A stretch of 64,000 bases of DNA. Source: Nitrospirales bacterium (GTDB lineage: Bacteria; Nitrospirota; Nitrospiria; Nitrospirales; UBA8639). The translations under genes were made by a program, and so were the position numbers. A model generated the notes under the pieces. It did not search any database, was not told the DNA's origin, and saw nothing but the letters and a program-made list of their open reading frames with translations. Numbering within the stretch: position 1 is the first letter of the stretch; each line of letters begins with the position of its first letter. Location: NCBI GenBank assembly GCA_965203295.1, contig CBDBCZ010000017.1:224001-288000 (forward strand), written 5' to 3'. Below are positions 1 to 11,568 of this stretch, piece after piece.

Positions 1-3000
1 CCATCAGACTGAACACGGTAGAGGACACCATCCAAGAGGGAAAATACCTGTGAGGTCAAGACTAGTCTCTTTGCTGCTTTGGTTTCTGAGGGTAGAGTTC
101 CATCTTCCAAATATGCAAGGGTAGGGTGCAGTTCACTATCAGCTCTTTGTAGTTTCTGCCACTCTTCAGTCGGTGGGTCTGGTTCCTCATTCACTGCTTC
201 AACTCTAGCCACCAGGGGGTTTGGCATTTCTTGGTTAGGCTCTGTGATTGGCTGATCCAGGAGTAGTGGTAATCGGGAAAGAACATCTGCGTTTGTGTGC
301 AGTTTCCCTGGTCTGTACTGGATATCCAGATCAAGTTCTTGTAACGCCAGGCCCCAGCGGGCCAGTTTTCCAGAAGGATGTGGAGTATTCAACAGGGATT
401 TCAGTGCACAGTGGTCGGTGAGCACCGTGCAGTGGTGACCATAGAGGTACACATGAAAGTGTTTGGTTGCCCATACCACCGCCAAAGCTTCTAATTCACT
501 GATGCCGTAGTTTTGTTCGTGCTTTTGTAGTCCTCTGCTTGCATAAGCAATTGGGCGTATGGAATTATCATCCTGATGCTGCGACAAGACTGCTCCCAGT
601 CCAGATCCAGATGCATCCGTCTCGAGGGTGAATGGTTTCTGGAAATTAGGGAATGCAAGGACAGGTGTGGATGTCAACAGCATCTTCAGTTTCTCAAACG
701 ACTCTTGACAAGATTCTGACCAAACAAATGGTGCATCTTTGCGAGTGAGACAGTAGAGGGGACTGGCAACTTTGGATAGATTCGGAATAAAGCGACGATA
801 ATAGGATGCTAGTCCCAAAAATCGTTGGAGTGTCTTCACATTTGTAGGAATAGGGTAGTTCCTTACTTTCTCCACTTTCTCCGTGTCCACTTCAATTCCT
901 TGCTCTGATACTACATGTCCAAGATACAAGGCTTTCCGTCGAGCAAAGGTACACTTCTTGGGTTTAAGGCGTAGTCCGGCTTCTCGAAGCCGATCAAACA
1001 CAAGTTGGAGATTCTCCAAATGCTCGTTCCAAGTACGAGAGATGACTAGGATATCATCCAGGTATACGAAGCACTGGTTGCGGGTGAGGCCTGTGAGAAC
1101 AACTTCCATGAGGCGCTGGAAAGTTGCCGGAGCATTACAAAGGCCAAAGGGCATAACCTTAAACTCATACAGTCCCGCATGCGTAACAAAGGCAGTTTTC
1201 TCTCTTGCAGCAGGATCCATCGAGACTTGCCAATAGCCAGAGGCTAGGTCAAGTGTTGTGAAGAATCGGGCTCCAGACAGGACATCAAGTGTTTCATCAA
1301 TTCTAGGTAGTGGATACACATCCAGCTTGGTGATCCGGTTAAGGCGACGATAGTCCACGCAAAATCTCATCGAGCCATCCTTCTTCTTTACCAAAACTAT
1401 TGGGCTAGCCCACGGGCTAGATGTTGGCTGAATGACATCTAGATCGAGCATATCATTGATCATCTCCTCCACTTGGCTTCGTAAGGCAAAAGGAATTCGA
1501 CGAGGAGGTTGATGAATGGGTAAGTTCTCACCAGTGTCAATGGAATGGGAGATGACATTAGTGAGTCCCAATTCTGTGCTGTCAACAGCAAAGACATCAG
1601 CATTTTTTGCCAGGAAGGTTTCCAGAGCTTCTCTCTCTGGCTGTTCCACCTCTGCCTGGTCCAAGTACAGCATAGCTTTCAGGTGAGTCCATCTCCCATT
1701 GTCCGTCCCATCTGGTTCTCCACCCCTTTCTGAGCTGGTCTCAATGTCAGTCTCTTCAGTTGCTTTCCGGTCTGTATTATCATTGATGTCAATGATTACT
1801 TCTTTGGGCACTTCACTTCTGTCATTAATTGTCTCGCTGTCTGGTGCTTCCTCCATTCCAGAGGCATTGTCTGTCGGGCTGAGCACATCAGCAGGTTGTA
1901 TCCAACCAAGGAGTTGCCCTCTTCTCAGCCGAGTCGGTGAGCTGGAGGAGTTGCGTACTGGTAACAAGAAACATCGTTCTTCTGGTATGACAACTGCATC
2001 TGCAACCTCCAGGGCACAATGGTGTAGCCTTGTTCTGGGTTCAAATATCCAATCAAAAGACGACTCAGATAGGCTCAGTTGCATCTTGGCTTTCACCAGC
2101 TTCCCACACCGTCCGGGTAGTTTACAAGCTCGAATCAGACGTACTGGCACCCGTTTCTGATTAAGTGGCTTCTGTTCTGTTTGCGTAGAAGGAGCACTGT
2201 TTCTATAGCCAGCAGGGTATATATATCTCCCATTTCCAAGTTTGATGCAAGGAGATAGAGGCTTTGGATCTGGTAAGGTGCTCACAGTCTTGTCCTGTGG
2301 TAGCTCGCATGTAGTGAATGTCACTCGTTGCTGCTCAGATGGATCCGACGTAGCTGTGGTTGTTTGTTGAGGGTCAGAAACAGCATCCGTCCCTTGGAGA
2401 AATTCAGGCACAGCCGTTGTATTTTGACGAACGGGTTGCTTTTCAACGGTGACTTGGGCAGGTTTATCAATTGAAACAAGTTGTTCTTCAATTGGGACAA
2501 GTCTTTCGATGGGTTGCTCTCCAATGAGAACAGGTTGCTCTTCAACTGGAGTAGGTTGCTGCTCTTCAATGGCAGCAAGTTGCTGTTTAGCTGGTTGCTC
2601 TTCGACTGGAGTAAGTTGCTGCTCTTTATGTGGCCCAAATTGTTCTTCAGCTGGTTGCTCTTTGACTGGAGTAAGTTGTTGCTCTTTACGTTGGCCCAAT
2701 TGTTCTTCAGCTGGTTGCTCTTTGACTGGATGCAGCAGAGATTGGCCCTTTGCATCTAGGACTTTGATCCCTAAGAAAGACATTAGATCAGTTCCCAGGA
2801 GCATGTCCACAGGAGTGTCTTTCTGGACCAAAACAACAGTGTTCACTGTACGGTGTGGGGTAGCCACTTGCACTGCAATCTCTGCTCCAATACTGAGCTC
2901 TGCTCCACAGTATGCTCTTAACATTAGACTGGGTTGCTGCACCCGTTGAGTGGCTCTCTCTTTCCAGTTCTCTGGGAATAATTCTCGTTCCTTGTCCAGA

Positions 3001-5936
3001 ACTTTCCGACAAATCTCTCTAGAGATAATAGTGGTAGGACATCCAGTGTCAACTAGGGCTTGTAGAGGAATTCCATCCACCATTAAGGGAATGTTCACCG
3101 TGGGCCCCAGACGTGGAGTGCAGTCATGGGTCGAGCTCCCCGGTAGAATTCCATACATTTGGTAGACCCACTTTAAGGATTCCCCTTCCTCCTGGGGTGG
3201 GTATTCACCCTCGACTGGTACAACAGCAGCTGTTCGAGTTTCAGTGCTTCTGGTACTTGATTTGGGGTCATTCCGGCTAGGATAGCGGGCTGGGGCTTCT
3301 GCCTGTCTGATGAAATGACAATCTTTTGCCAGATGTCCCATTCTGTTGCAATTGTAGCATTTGACGTACTGCAGGCTTCTCCTTTGCACCTTACCAGATT
3401 CTCTAGTTGAGCCTGACTGTGGTTGCTCACCATGTGGTCGCTCATCCTGTCGGGGAAGATTATCCCGATGAGGTCGTTGTCTCCACGACGGGGTAGACAT
3501 CTTTGGATCAGTCCTGGCTAGGTCCTGTAGTCGAGCCTCTTCAAAACGGGCTTTCTGCCATAGCTCTGAAAAAGTGGCTCCCTCAATGTAGGCTATTTTT
3601 CGCTTCAGCTCTGGGAGTAGACCACCAATGAATTGATTGCTCAGTACTGCTCGGCCCATAGCTCTGGCATCCTCACTTCCTTGTAGGGCATTAGGGTATG
3701 CTTTCTGGAAGAGACGTTGTAAGTCTTGTGCATAGGCGTCCACCAGCTCTCCTGTTTTCTGTTTCCTCTCACGGAATATGCTGCTCTCCAGTGCCTGGAT
3801 CCGCACAGGGGTGAAACGCTTCTTCAACTCTTGAGTCAGTGTCTGGTAGTCTCTCTTTGTTTCCTCTAGACAGGCACGGTAGAATGCTCGAGCTGAACCA
3901 CGCAGTCTCAGGACCATTTGCCTCAACTTGACCCCTTCACTCCATTGGGCTAGCTCGGCCACCATTTCAAATTGTTCCGCCCAGTCTAGGAATGATCCAC
4001 TGTCTCGTGCTGAGTCATCCCCAGAGAACATTGCCAGGGGAGGTAGCTGTTGCATCGAGGTTCCCAGTGCCTGGGGTAACTCCCAGTTTTGATTCGGCCG
4101 GTCAAACCGCTCCCTTCTCAGTAGGTCAGGCGTACTCAAGGATAATGGGGTAGTCCTTGGCAGGGGCACCGTAGTACTTGGAATAGCCACTGGCGGGGAC
4201 ACTGCTGCAGTCATCGACTGATGCATCTGGTCGTAGTACTGCTCCAGTCCTCTCCATGGTTGTTGACCAGATGCCATCCGTGGGTATGGCTCCTGCCCCC
4301 TTTGTGGTTGATAATGCATCCGGTAGGGCACAGCTGCTCCAGGAACTCCGGCAGACACACGGGGAGGTAGCTCCAGTCCTCTAGATCTCGGAAGACCATC
4401 AGGCATCTGGTGTGGCACTGCCGCTCCAGGAACTCCGGCAGACACACGGGGAGGTATCTCCAGTCCTCTAGATCTCGGAAGACCATCAGGCATCTGGTGT
4501 GGCACTGTCGCTCCAGGAACTCCGGCAGACACACGGGGAGGTAGCTCCAGTCCTCTAGATCTCGGAAGACCATCAGGCATCTGGTGTGGCACTGCCGCTC
4601 CAGGAACTCCGGCAGACACACGGGGAGGTAGCTCCAGTCCTCTAGATCTCGGAAGACCATCAGGCATCTGGTGTGGCACTGCCGCTCCAGGAACTCCGGC
4701 AGACACACGGGGAGGTAGCTCCAGTCCTCTAGATCTCGGAAGACCATCAGGCATCTGGTGTGGCACTGCCGCTCCAGGAACTCCGGCAGACACACGGGGA
4801 GGTAGCTCCAGTCCTCTCAGGGGACCATCAAGCGTCTGGTGTGGCACTGCTGCCCCAGGAACTCCGGCAGACACATGGGGAGGTAGCTCCAGTCCTCTCA
4901 GGGGACCATCAAGCGTCTGGTGTGGCACTGCTGCCCCAGGAACTCCGGCAGACACATGGGGAGGTAGCTCCAGTCCTCTCAGGGGACCATCAAGCGTCTG
5001 GTGTGGCACTGCTGCCCCAGGAACTCCGGCAGACACACGGGGAGGTAGCTCCAGTCCTCTAGATCTCGGAAGACCATCAGGCATCTGGTGTGGCAGCTCC
5101 ACACCCCGTTGTGGTTGGTCAACCATCTGTGGGTACTGCTCCAGCCGTGTTGACGTCTGCCAGGGGATCAGAGGGGGTGGAGACTTCCTCCCCTCTCGGT
5201 AGGCCGATGTCTCCCTGGGCCGCAGATGCTGTCCATCCCCCGAGGCTTCCTCTGGTTGTCTCTCCAGGTACAGTCCAGAAAGAGACTTTCTCAGGCCCAT
5301 TCCTCCATGGGGTTTTGGCTCAGTCTCCCAGGTCTTCTCCGGTAGTTCGCTTAGAGGCTCTTGCAGCCGTCGTTCAGAGGTCCCTATTTGGGCCTGCAAT
5401 TTCTGCTCTCCAGCTTCCCATTCGGCTTGCTGTATAGACATCGCTCGAACTCGCTCCGTTTCTGCTCGCGCGAGTAATTCCGCTAGTCGTTCGGCCTCCC
5501 TCTCTGCTACCTTTGCCCTCTCTTTGGTAATCTCTGTCTCCACTGCTAACTGTTTAAGTTGCAACTCGACCGCTCTCTCTCTCTCCCTTGTTCTCTCGGT
5601 TTCTGCTGCCATTTGTTCAGTTTGCGTCTCGGCCACTCTCGCTCTCTCCCTCGCAGTCTCGGCTTCCTGTGCAAACTGTCCGGCCTGCGCCTCAACCTCT
5701 CTCGTTCTCTCGTCTGCTTTCCTTGCTTCTTCTGCAAACTGTTTGGCCTGCGCCTCGGCCACACTCGCTCTCTCCTGCAGCTGTTCGAGCTGCTTTGCCC
5801 GCTCTCTCCCGGGCGCCCGTGCTCGCTCGGGCGGAACCGTGCGTAAAGACTCGTACTCTTGAAGTAGCTCTTCAAGCCGTTGGTTCTCGTTCCGCAGGGA
5901 GTCCACCTGCGCCTTCAGTTGTAGTTTTGTAGCCAT
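1..5936 (-). CDS. gag-pol: Gag-Pol polyprotein (partial, >1970 aa)
   Basis: ATG at 5936 (MATKLQLKAQVDSLRNENQRLEELL..., coiled-coil-like). Gag core at ~3500-4060, zinc knuckle CYNCNRMGHLAKDC at ~3325-3365, protease LVDTG at ~3045, RT YLDD at 1053-1064 in the same frame as the ATG, RNaseH LETDASG/TDH/ADVLSR at ~270-630. Absent from the ORF track, consistent with no stop before the window edge. Confidence 0.93.
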   Translation of the reverse strand, partial: MATKLQLKAQVDSLRNENQRLEELLQEYESLRTVPPERARAPGRERAKQLEQLQERASVAEAQAKQFAEEARKADERTREVEAQAGQFAQEAETARERARVAETQTEQMAAETERTRERERAVELQLKQLAVETEITKERAKVAEREAERLAELLARAETERVRAMSIQQAEWEAGEQKLQAQIGTSERRLQEPLSELPEKTWETEPKPHGGMGLRKSLSGLYLERQPEEASGDGQHLRPRETSAYREGRKSPPPLIPWQTSTRLEQYPQMVDQPQRGVELPHQMPDGLPRSRGLELPPRVSAGVPGAAVPHQTLDGPLRGLELPPHVSAGVPGAAVPHQTLDGPLRGLELPPHVSAGVPGAAVPHQTLDGPLRGLELPPRVSAGVPGAAVPHQMPDGLPRSRGLELPPRVSAGVPGAAVPHQMPDGLPRSRGLELPPRVSAGVPGAAVPHQMPDGLPRSRGLELPPRVSAGVPGATVPHQMPDGLPRSRGLEIPPRVSAGVPGAAVPHQMPDGLPRSRGLELPPRVSAGVPGAAVPYRMHYQPQRGQEPYPRMASGQQPWRGLEQYYDQMHQSMTAAVSPPVAIPSTTVPLPRTTPLSLSTPDLLRRERFDRPNQNWELPQALGTSMQQLPPLAMFSGDDSARDSGSFLDWAEQFEMVAELAQWSEGVKLRQMVLRLRGSARAFYRACLEETKRDYQTLTQELKKRFTPVRIQALESSIFRERKQKTGELVDAYAQDLQRLFQKAYPNALQGSEDARAMGRAVLSNQFIGGLLPELKRKIAYIEGATFSELWQKARFEEARLQDLARTDPKMSTPSWRQRPHRDNLPRQDERPHGEQPQSGSTRESGKVQRRSLQYVKCYNCNRMGHLAKDCHFIRQAEAPARYPSRNDPKSSTRSTETRTAAVVPVEGEYPPQEEGESLKWVYQMYGILPGSSTHDCTPRLGPTVNIPLMVDGIPLQALVDTGCPTTIISREICRKVLDKERELFPENWKERATQRVQQPSLMLRAYCGAELSIGAEIAVQVATPHRTVNTVVLVQKDTPVDMLLGTDLMSFLGIKVLDAKGQSLLHPVKEQPAEEQLGQRKEQQLTPVKEQPAEEQFGPHKEQQLTPVEEQPAKQQLAAIEEQQPTPVEEQPVLIGEQPIERLVPIEEQLVSIDKPAQVTVEKQPVRQNTTAVPEFLQGTDAVSDPQQTTTATSDPSEQQRVTFTTCELPQDKTVSTLPDPKPLSPCIKLGNGRYIYPAGYRNSAPSTQTEQKPLNQKRVPVRLIRACKLPGRCGKLVKAKMQLSLSESSFDWIFEPRTRLHHCALEVADAVVIPEERCFLLPVRNSSSSPTRLRRGQLLGWIQPADVLSPTDNASGMEEAPDSETINDRSEVPKEVIIDINDNTDRKATEETDIETSSERGGEPDGTDNGRWTHLKAMLYLDQAEVEQPEREALETFLAKNADVFAVDSTELGLTNVISHSIDTGENLPIHQPPRRIPFALRSQVEEMINDMLDLDVIQPTSSPWASPIVLVKKKDGSMRFCVDYRRLNRITKLDVYPLPRIDETLDVLSGARFFTTLDLASGYWQVSMDPAAREKTAFVTHAGLYEFKVMPFGLCNAPATFQRLMEVVLTGLTRNQCFVYLDDILVISRTWNEHLENLQLVFDRLREAGLRLKPKKCTFARRKALYLGHVVSEQGIEVDTEKVEKVRNYPIPTNVKTLQRFLGLASYYRRFIPNLSKVASPLYCLTRKDAPFVWSESCQESFEKLKMLLTSTPVLAFPNFQKPFTLETDASGSGLGAVLSQHQDDNSIRPIAYASRGLQKHEQNYGISELEALAVVWATKHFHVYLYGHHCTVLTDHCALKSLLNTPHPSGKLARWGLALQELDLDIQYRPGKLHTNADVLSRLPLLLDQPITEPNQEMPNPLVARVEAVNEEPDPPTEEWQKLQRADSELHPTLAYLEDGTLPSETKAAKRLVLTSQVFSLLDGVLYRVQSD
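2480..2730 (-). repeat. In-frame ~60-bp repeats in the protease-RT linker
   Basis: Encodes repeated PVKEQPAEEQ/KEQQLT units. Confidence 0.8.
4337..5097 (-). repeat. In-frame tandem repeat in gag (5x87 bp + 3x81 bp + 1x87-bp type)
   Basis: Near-identical units encoding RVSAGVPGAAVPHQMPDGLPRSRGLELPP (29 aa) and a 27-aa variant. Confidence 0.92.
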
Positions 5937-5963
5937 CAGTGCTACCGGTCTCTAGTCCGCAAA

Positions 5964-5981
5964 TTCCCGGACTGGCCCCCA
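5964..5981 (-). promoter_or_regulatory. Primer-binding site, tRNA-Pro-like
   Basis: TGGGGGCCAGTCCGGGAA, 3 nt inside the LTR; 15/18 match to the canonical tRNA-Pro PBS TGGGGGCTCGTCCGGGAT. Confidence 0.8.
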
Positions 5982-5984
5982 ATA

Positions 5985-6249
5985 TGTAATAGACGGCGTA
6001 TCTGCGCAGCGGCCCCAATCCCGACAGCATTCTCTGTGGCAACTGAGCGAGTAGGATTCTTAGACTCCTCTTCATACATCCATGGGCAGCTTATATACAC
6101 ACAGAAAAATAGACACATACACAGCCGCAGGCAGCAATTATGGACAACGTACATGTGGATTACACTCAAACATAACTTTGACATGTAGGCAAATTGTATA
6201 TGACAGCCACATTGTCCAGTTCAGGACAGCTGAAATTAGGTCCATTACA
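5985..6249 (-). repeat. 5' LTR (~265 bp)
   Basis: Termini TGTAATAGA...TCCATTACA (8/9 inverted match), adjacent to the PBS. The second LTR is not in the window to confirm it. Confidence 0.75.
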
Positions 6250-7016
6250 GATCGTAGCAGGAGATGCATGGAGTGGTCAATGGCTGCTCCATATTATTTC
6301 AGTCTCCTGTATTTTTATTGTAATATACAGGTCTAGCGCTGTACATGACAGGGTGCAATATTTTCCTTTTGAAGTTATCGTCAGATGACCCCACACATGA
6401 CATTGCAAACACATAACTCAATTATTGCAGTCACTACCTTCAACAAGCTGAGAACTATTGAAGGTAGTGCATGCCCACCAGAATTCTTAATGGAATAATC
6501 AGGGCTAGTAGGTCAAAGTGACTTTCCTGAAATTTATATCTTGCAGGGAAGTTGTAGGAATTTTATATACAGGGTAGCACAGGGCTGTATACATGGTATG
6601 GTGCAATTTTCCTTAAGGTGGTGTCCCCCCCAAAGATTTTTTGGACGTTTATTCCCACAAAAACCGTAGGGGGGTATGAACCTATAAATGCATCCCAGTG
6701 ATCCTTTTCAAGGAGATCTCTTCAATGAACACCTTTTTGAAACATAGCTACTGGGCAAATTTAAATTTTCAACTTTTTTCTTTGACCTCCCTCAGGAAGT
6801 ACTAAAAGTCATTGCATAGCACTCTTGACTTTAGACACTTTGGTGAAATTTTCAGGTGCGTAGGGGGTACACAAGCCGAGATATCAATGTCTACCTTCGC
6901 CTTATCACAAAACCCAGGTGGCAGAAGCAATCATCCAAATAGACCCTTTACCATTATGATGTAATACGGGTAAAATAGGCACTAAATGGAAACTTTACGA
7001 TCATGGAAACGATGAA

Positions 7017-7913
7017 ACCTGGGAAATTGATCAGGACAATGAGGACGATGCCCCTGTTTTGAAGTCAGGTTTGTGGACAGATTAATGTGACCAAGTGTGC
7101 ATGCATGCGTTTCCAATTTAATTTTTCTGTGCCTGTACTGTATACCATGATGTAATTGCCATGGACGGCTTCATCCATGCTAAGGCATCTGGCCATATCA
7201 TGTTGGTGTCTAATGTAAAGGCATACACTCAAAATTTTTAGTAGGCAGCATGCCCCCAGCCCTTGGTGTGTTAAGCATGCTCCCCCCTCCCTTCCTTGAA
7301 AACAAAAATTCTACAGAGCCTGATAACACTAGCTATATACCACATAAAGGTAATTACTTGTTTAGCATATAAGTAACTTGAGATATTTTATTTTGCTACA
7401 TGCATGTATGTTGAATCATGGTAAAATCACCCAAGGCACACAGGTGAGTCTACCGGCATGATTTAATTAACAAGTATACAAAAAATGCTTTTTGCTTTGT
7501 TCCTGTAGGGTCCTGAGAATGTGCCTAATCGAATTTCCTTTTAGGGTTGGGTTGCAGGAAGTCAAGGCTAGCATGGTTGTGTACTGGGATTTGAACTTAC
7601 GTACCCTGTGGTCATATTCAATAGGCAACTTCTTTTTGTCAGGGCTCTATTGTCACGACACTTTCTTTAGTCATGATAAGTTTTCTTTTTGTGGGTTGTA
7701 GGGTAGCTAAGGGGGCTCTGAACAGTGCAATGGGGCATGAGCTAGTTTAGCTAGCCACATGAATCAGGTGTCGTGGAATATTGCTTGCCTTTAATTCCGG
7801 GTATGGAAAATAATCTTTACTGTCAGTACCAGGATTTCTGCATATATGTAGTTGTACATGGCAAATGCATTGTGCCTAATGGCGATGCCACTTTTGAGTC
7901 AGGTTATGACTAT
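7017..7913 (+). pseudogene. Truncated inverted copy of gene A1 (end of core exon 1 plus intron only)
   Basis: TWEIDQDNEDDAPVLKS G|GT at 7017-7070, then sequence matching the reverse complement of the A1 intron (~9020-9910). No final exon follows. Confidence 0.8.
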
Positions 7914-8159
7914 GTATATAGTTGTGTGTACGTAATTAAGAGTCCCGGCATAGGTTAAACTGTCTGCTGCCCATGTGGCATGACACTTTATCTATTGATC
8001 AGCAATTGCAGCAGTTTGGTGTAATAGGCAAGTGCGAGTTGTTTATGCATGACCGCCCACTCATACTTATACCCTAAATTTGTGCCTAATGGTGATGCCA
8101 CTTTTGAGTCAGGTTATGACTATGTAGTATGTATAAAGTTGTGTGTACGTAACTAATTA

Positions 8160-8300
8160 GCTCTTTGAACGCCATGGGCACATTTATGTGCCCATATAAA
8201 ATAGAAAAAACATGTATTTTGTATTAACGCCTAATATAAAAAGGCCTATATAAATTCACACTAGCCTTATGGATGTAGTAAAACTTGGCTGGGAAAGAGT
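8160..8300. mobile_element. ~140-bp dispersed MITE-like repeat
   Basis: Inverted copy at ~35004-35150; short CTCTTT...AAAGAG ends; interrupts a local duplication (7871-8070 vs 8081-8430). Confidence 0.6.
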
Positions 8301-8648
8301 TTTAAAGTCCAATAGGCTAAACGTGTCTGTTGCCCATGTGACGTGACACTTTATCTATCGATTTATCTGTTTGCAGCAGTTTGGTGTAATAGGCAAGTGC
8401 GGGTTGTTCATGCTTGACCACTCACTCAGACTTATATACCCACTACTAGGTATTATAACGTTATTATGCCTCAGTAGCTACTACCAGCAAATGAAATTAT
8501 AAACCAGCAAGAAGTATATCCTCAATCTACAAAAACAGTCATCAATATATTAGACAATATCTATAGCTAGCAACTCAGTTGTACAAAAGAATGGCCTTTA
8601 AAATATACGTTCACACATTCAGTAGTCATGTCTCCAGGCAGTGGGTGT

Positions 8649-11094
8649 TTAGCTTGTCATATTTTCTCCTGCAAACGAGTAGAGGCCTCCAACTGGCTCC
8701 TGGGTGAGGGTCACTAACAGGCCATCGGGGAACTGGCTGAGATCAAACTGTGTAGTCGCTTCAGTTATATCGAGAGATGTAAATGTGTCTCCAACGTTCA
8801 GGTTGCGAGTGACTCCAAAGGAAACTATTGGCTGTATCTCTACGTCGGCTTGGCTGCCAACATGCACACCTGGCTGGGTCACCAAGATTTTGTCATTCTT
8901 ATAAACAGACACATCATAGGTTCGACCAGGCCATGTGTCACCATCAGGAGCTGTATTCTTCACCACAATAGTATTGTTGGGATTGGGAGGAGCAGTAACT
9001 GCAAAGGGATTAATTAAAAAGCATAGTCATAACCCGACTCCAAAGTGGCATCGCCATTAGGCATAATACATTTGCCATACACAGCTATTCATTAATGCTG
9101 GTACAGTAAAGATTATACCATACCCGACATTCAATGCAAACAATGTTCCACGATAACTGGTCCATGTAGCTAGCTAAACTAGCTCATGCCCCATTGCAGA
9201 AAAATCTGTTCAGATCCCCCCCCCCCCCACAAAAAAAAGTTCCTCTACCATGACTAAGGAGAGTGTCATGACAATAGAGCCCTGACAAAGGAAGTTGGCT
9301 GACCACAGGGTAAGTTCAAAGCACAGTACACAACCTTGCTAGCCCTGACTTCCTACAACCCCAAATCTAATAAAGGAAATTCGATTAGGCTCATTCTCAG
9401 GGCCCTATAGGAACCGAGCAAAAACCATTTGTGCTACTTTGTAACTTATATTATAATTAAATTTAGCTACTACGTATTTGAATGGTGGCTTATTCATGAA
9501 CCTTGGTGTTGATATACGTATGTTCTAGACAGGGCCACCAAAGTAGCTAGCTTTAACTGGATCCAGGTTTTAATAATTGATTAATGGTATAGACTCACTA
9601 GACAGTGGATATAGGGTGACTTTACCATTATTCAGCATACATGTAGCAAAATGAAATGTGCAATGTCCCAAGTCACTTAGCCAATATGCAAGACTCTTTA
9701 TGTTATACATGTATATTATATAGTGTAATCAGATTTTCACCCAGGGGTAGATTTTTTTTCCAGGAAGGGGGGGGGGGGGGGGGGGGGGAGCAAGCACATG
9801 AACATGCTTTGCGCATCAGGGTCTGGGGGCATATATACGTCACGGTAATCACAGAAAATAAAATTGTAAATGCATGCACGCTTAGAGTCACATTATTCTG
9901 TCCACAAACCTGACTTCAAAATAGGGGCATTGTCCTCATTGTCCTGATTAATTTCCCAGGTTGATCCCAGGGAAGCACCAAAGGGACCCATCGTGTTGCA
10001 CTGATCACCAAGGGAATAACTTGCTCCAACGGAAGTCGACACAGGGTATACAAATTCGGAGGAACTTTGCACCTCAATGACTTCCCAAGCTGTGTAGTAT
10101 ATCTCAGGAGTATCGACGCTGAAGTTCTGGGTGAACACGCATACTGAAAAATCAGTAGAAGTGGTAGCATTGATGAACTTGATGGGGATGTCAGTAGTAA
10201 CCGATGACATATTAGAATCTGCACTTGTTGCCAGAGCATTCGCTAACACTGCAAGAAAACACAATCATCATATAATTATGATTGCCAAAACAAATGTTAT
10301 TATATGACTGCTTGATGATCACTGAACTTACTACCATCATAATTATGAGTTTCAGGGATCTAATTAATAACATTCATGGCTATATAAATTAAATGATCAC
10401 AGCATTTCATACAACCGTGGCTATGATCACTTGGCTGCATCTTGCAACGTGGACTAAATAAATTTAAAACATCCATCACATTGATTCAGTCTTTGGCGCA
10501 TTTTTCTGATGGCGCTGGATATGGCGCATAGCATGTTGCTACTACTTAGTATAGTGCAGTGCTAATAATTATTTGCATGCCTATACAGCCGCTTTTAATT
10601 ATAACTATTTATTACTGTTACAGTAGCTATCGAGTTCCAATATCCTTAAAAAAGGGTATATTTTAATATTATAATAATAATATACTCATGTTGCTGCCGT
10701 AGCGCTTATGCCATTGACCACGCACCCACATACAGTACGCGGGCGGAGGCTTGAAAGATCTCCAGTCAGAGGACAAGAGCAAGAGCAACCACGGATGTCT
10801 CACCATTACCATCCTGATCGCCATGCATATAATTTATTCTTCCGAGTTATACCGTATTATAATAATAATAAGAATTTTATATTTAGCGTTTACCACATGC
10901 ATTAAAATAGGAATTCCAGGCTTTCGCAGTCACTAACCTGAGCGCATGCTCTTAGTGGTCATCGGACTCTTCTCCGGCTGCTTGTTGTACCAGCGGCTTG
11001 CCAGCGGGCTGAACTTGCGGGTGAACAGCCTCTGGGGAACCCCGCACGTCCTTGCAGCCCGGGGGGCAGATACTAACACGCGGAGAGCCAACAT
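8649..11094 (-). CDS. Family gene A1, ~281 aa, putative mitochondrial presequence plus beta-rich core
   Basis: Exons 11094-10938, 10248-9910, 8998-8649. Both introns GT-AG, phase 1, frame preserved. MLALRVLVSAPRAART...TTDIPIKFIN...PNPNNTIVVKN...GGLYSFAGENMTS. Confidence 0.8.
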
Positions 11095-11568
11095 CGCGCC
11101 TGTGTCCTTTCGGGTTCTGTATGGTGTCATTGAAAAAACGCATAATAATTTAATATGTACCGGTCTGACAATTAATTGTCTGCAGTGTTAATTAGGTTTA
11201 TCTTCACTGTAAAGTAATACAGACATACGCTACTTAGTTTCGCGAGCCAACCCAAATCCGCCAAAAAAAAATGCGGGCAGGGGCCGACTTGCGATATTGA
11301 GTGTGTTCTATCAAGCGTGACACTGTCACGGTAGTATTAACATATCATATGCGTAGTTAGACTCCATCGATCGTACTAGTAAATTAGCCCGATCACGTTC
11401 ACGGGATTCCAGAAACTTACTGAGTATCGAGAGAGTTCAATATGTCCCCACAGATGGTTTCGGATGCAGTCGTTTTCTTTGCGGTTCTCAGCAAAGTCTG
11501 TATAATGGTGAAAAAAATAATAATTTATACATTTGCAACTAGCTACACATGTATATACTTCTCTCACC

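Larger units (their letters stand above)
1..6249 (-). mobile_element. Ty3/Gypsy LTR retrotransposon, 5' portion (integrase and 3' LTR outside the window)
   Basis: 5' LTR, PBS and a gag-PR-RT-RNaseH ORF in Gypsy domain order. Confidence 0.95.

Noticed and set aside
883..5932. Many short ORFs in the track over the retrotransposon
   Set aside because: Antisense or alternative-frame shadows of the single gag-pol ORF and its repeats.
6380..7010. Possible further TE starting at TTAAGG near 6613
   Set aside because: No matching terminus or second copy found in the window.
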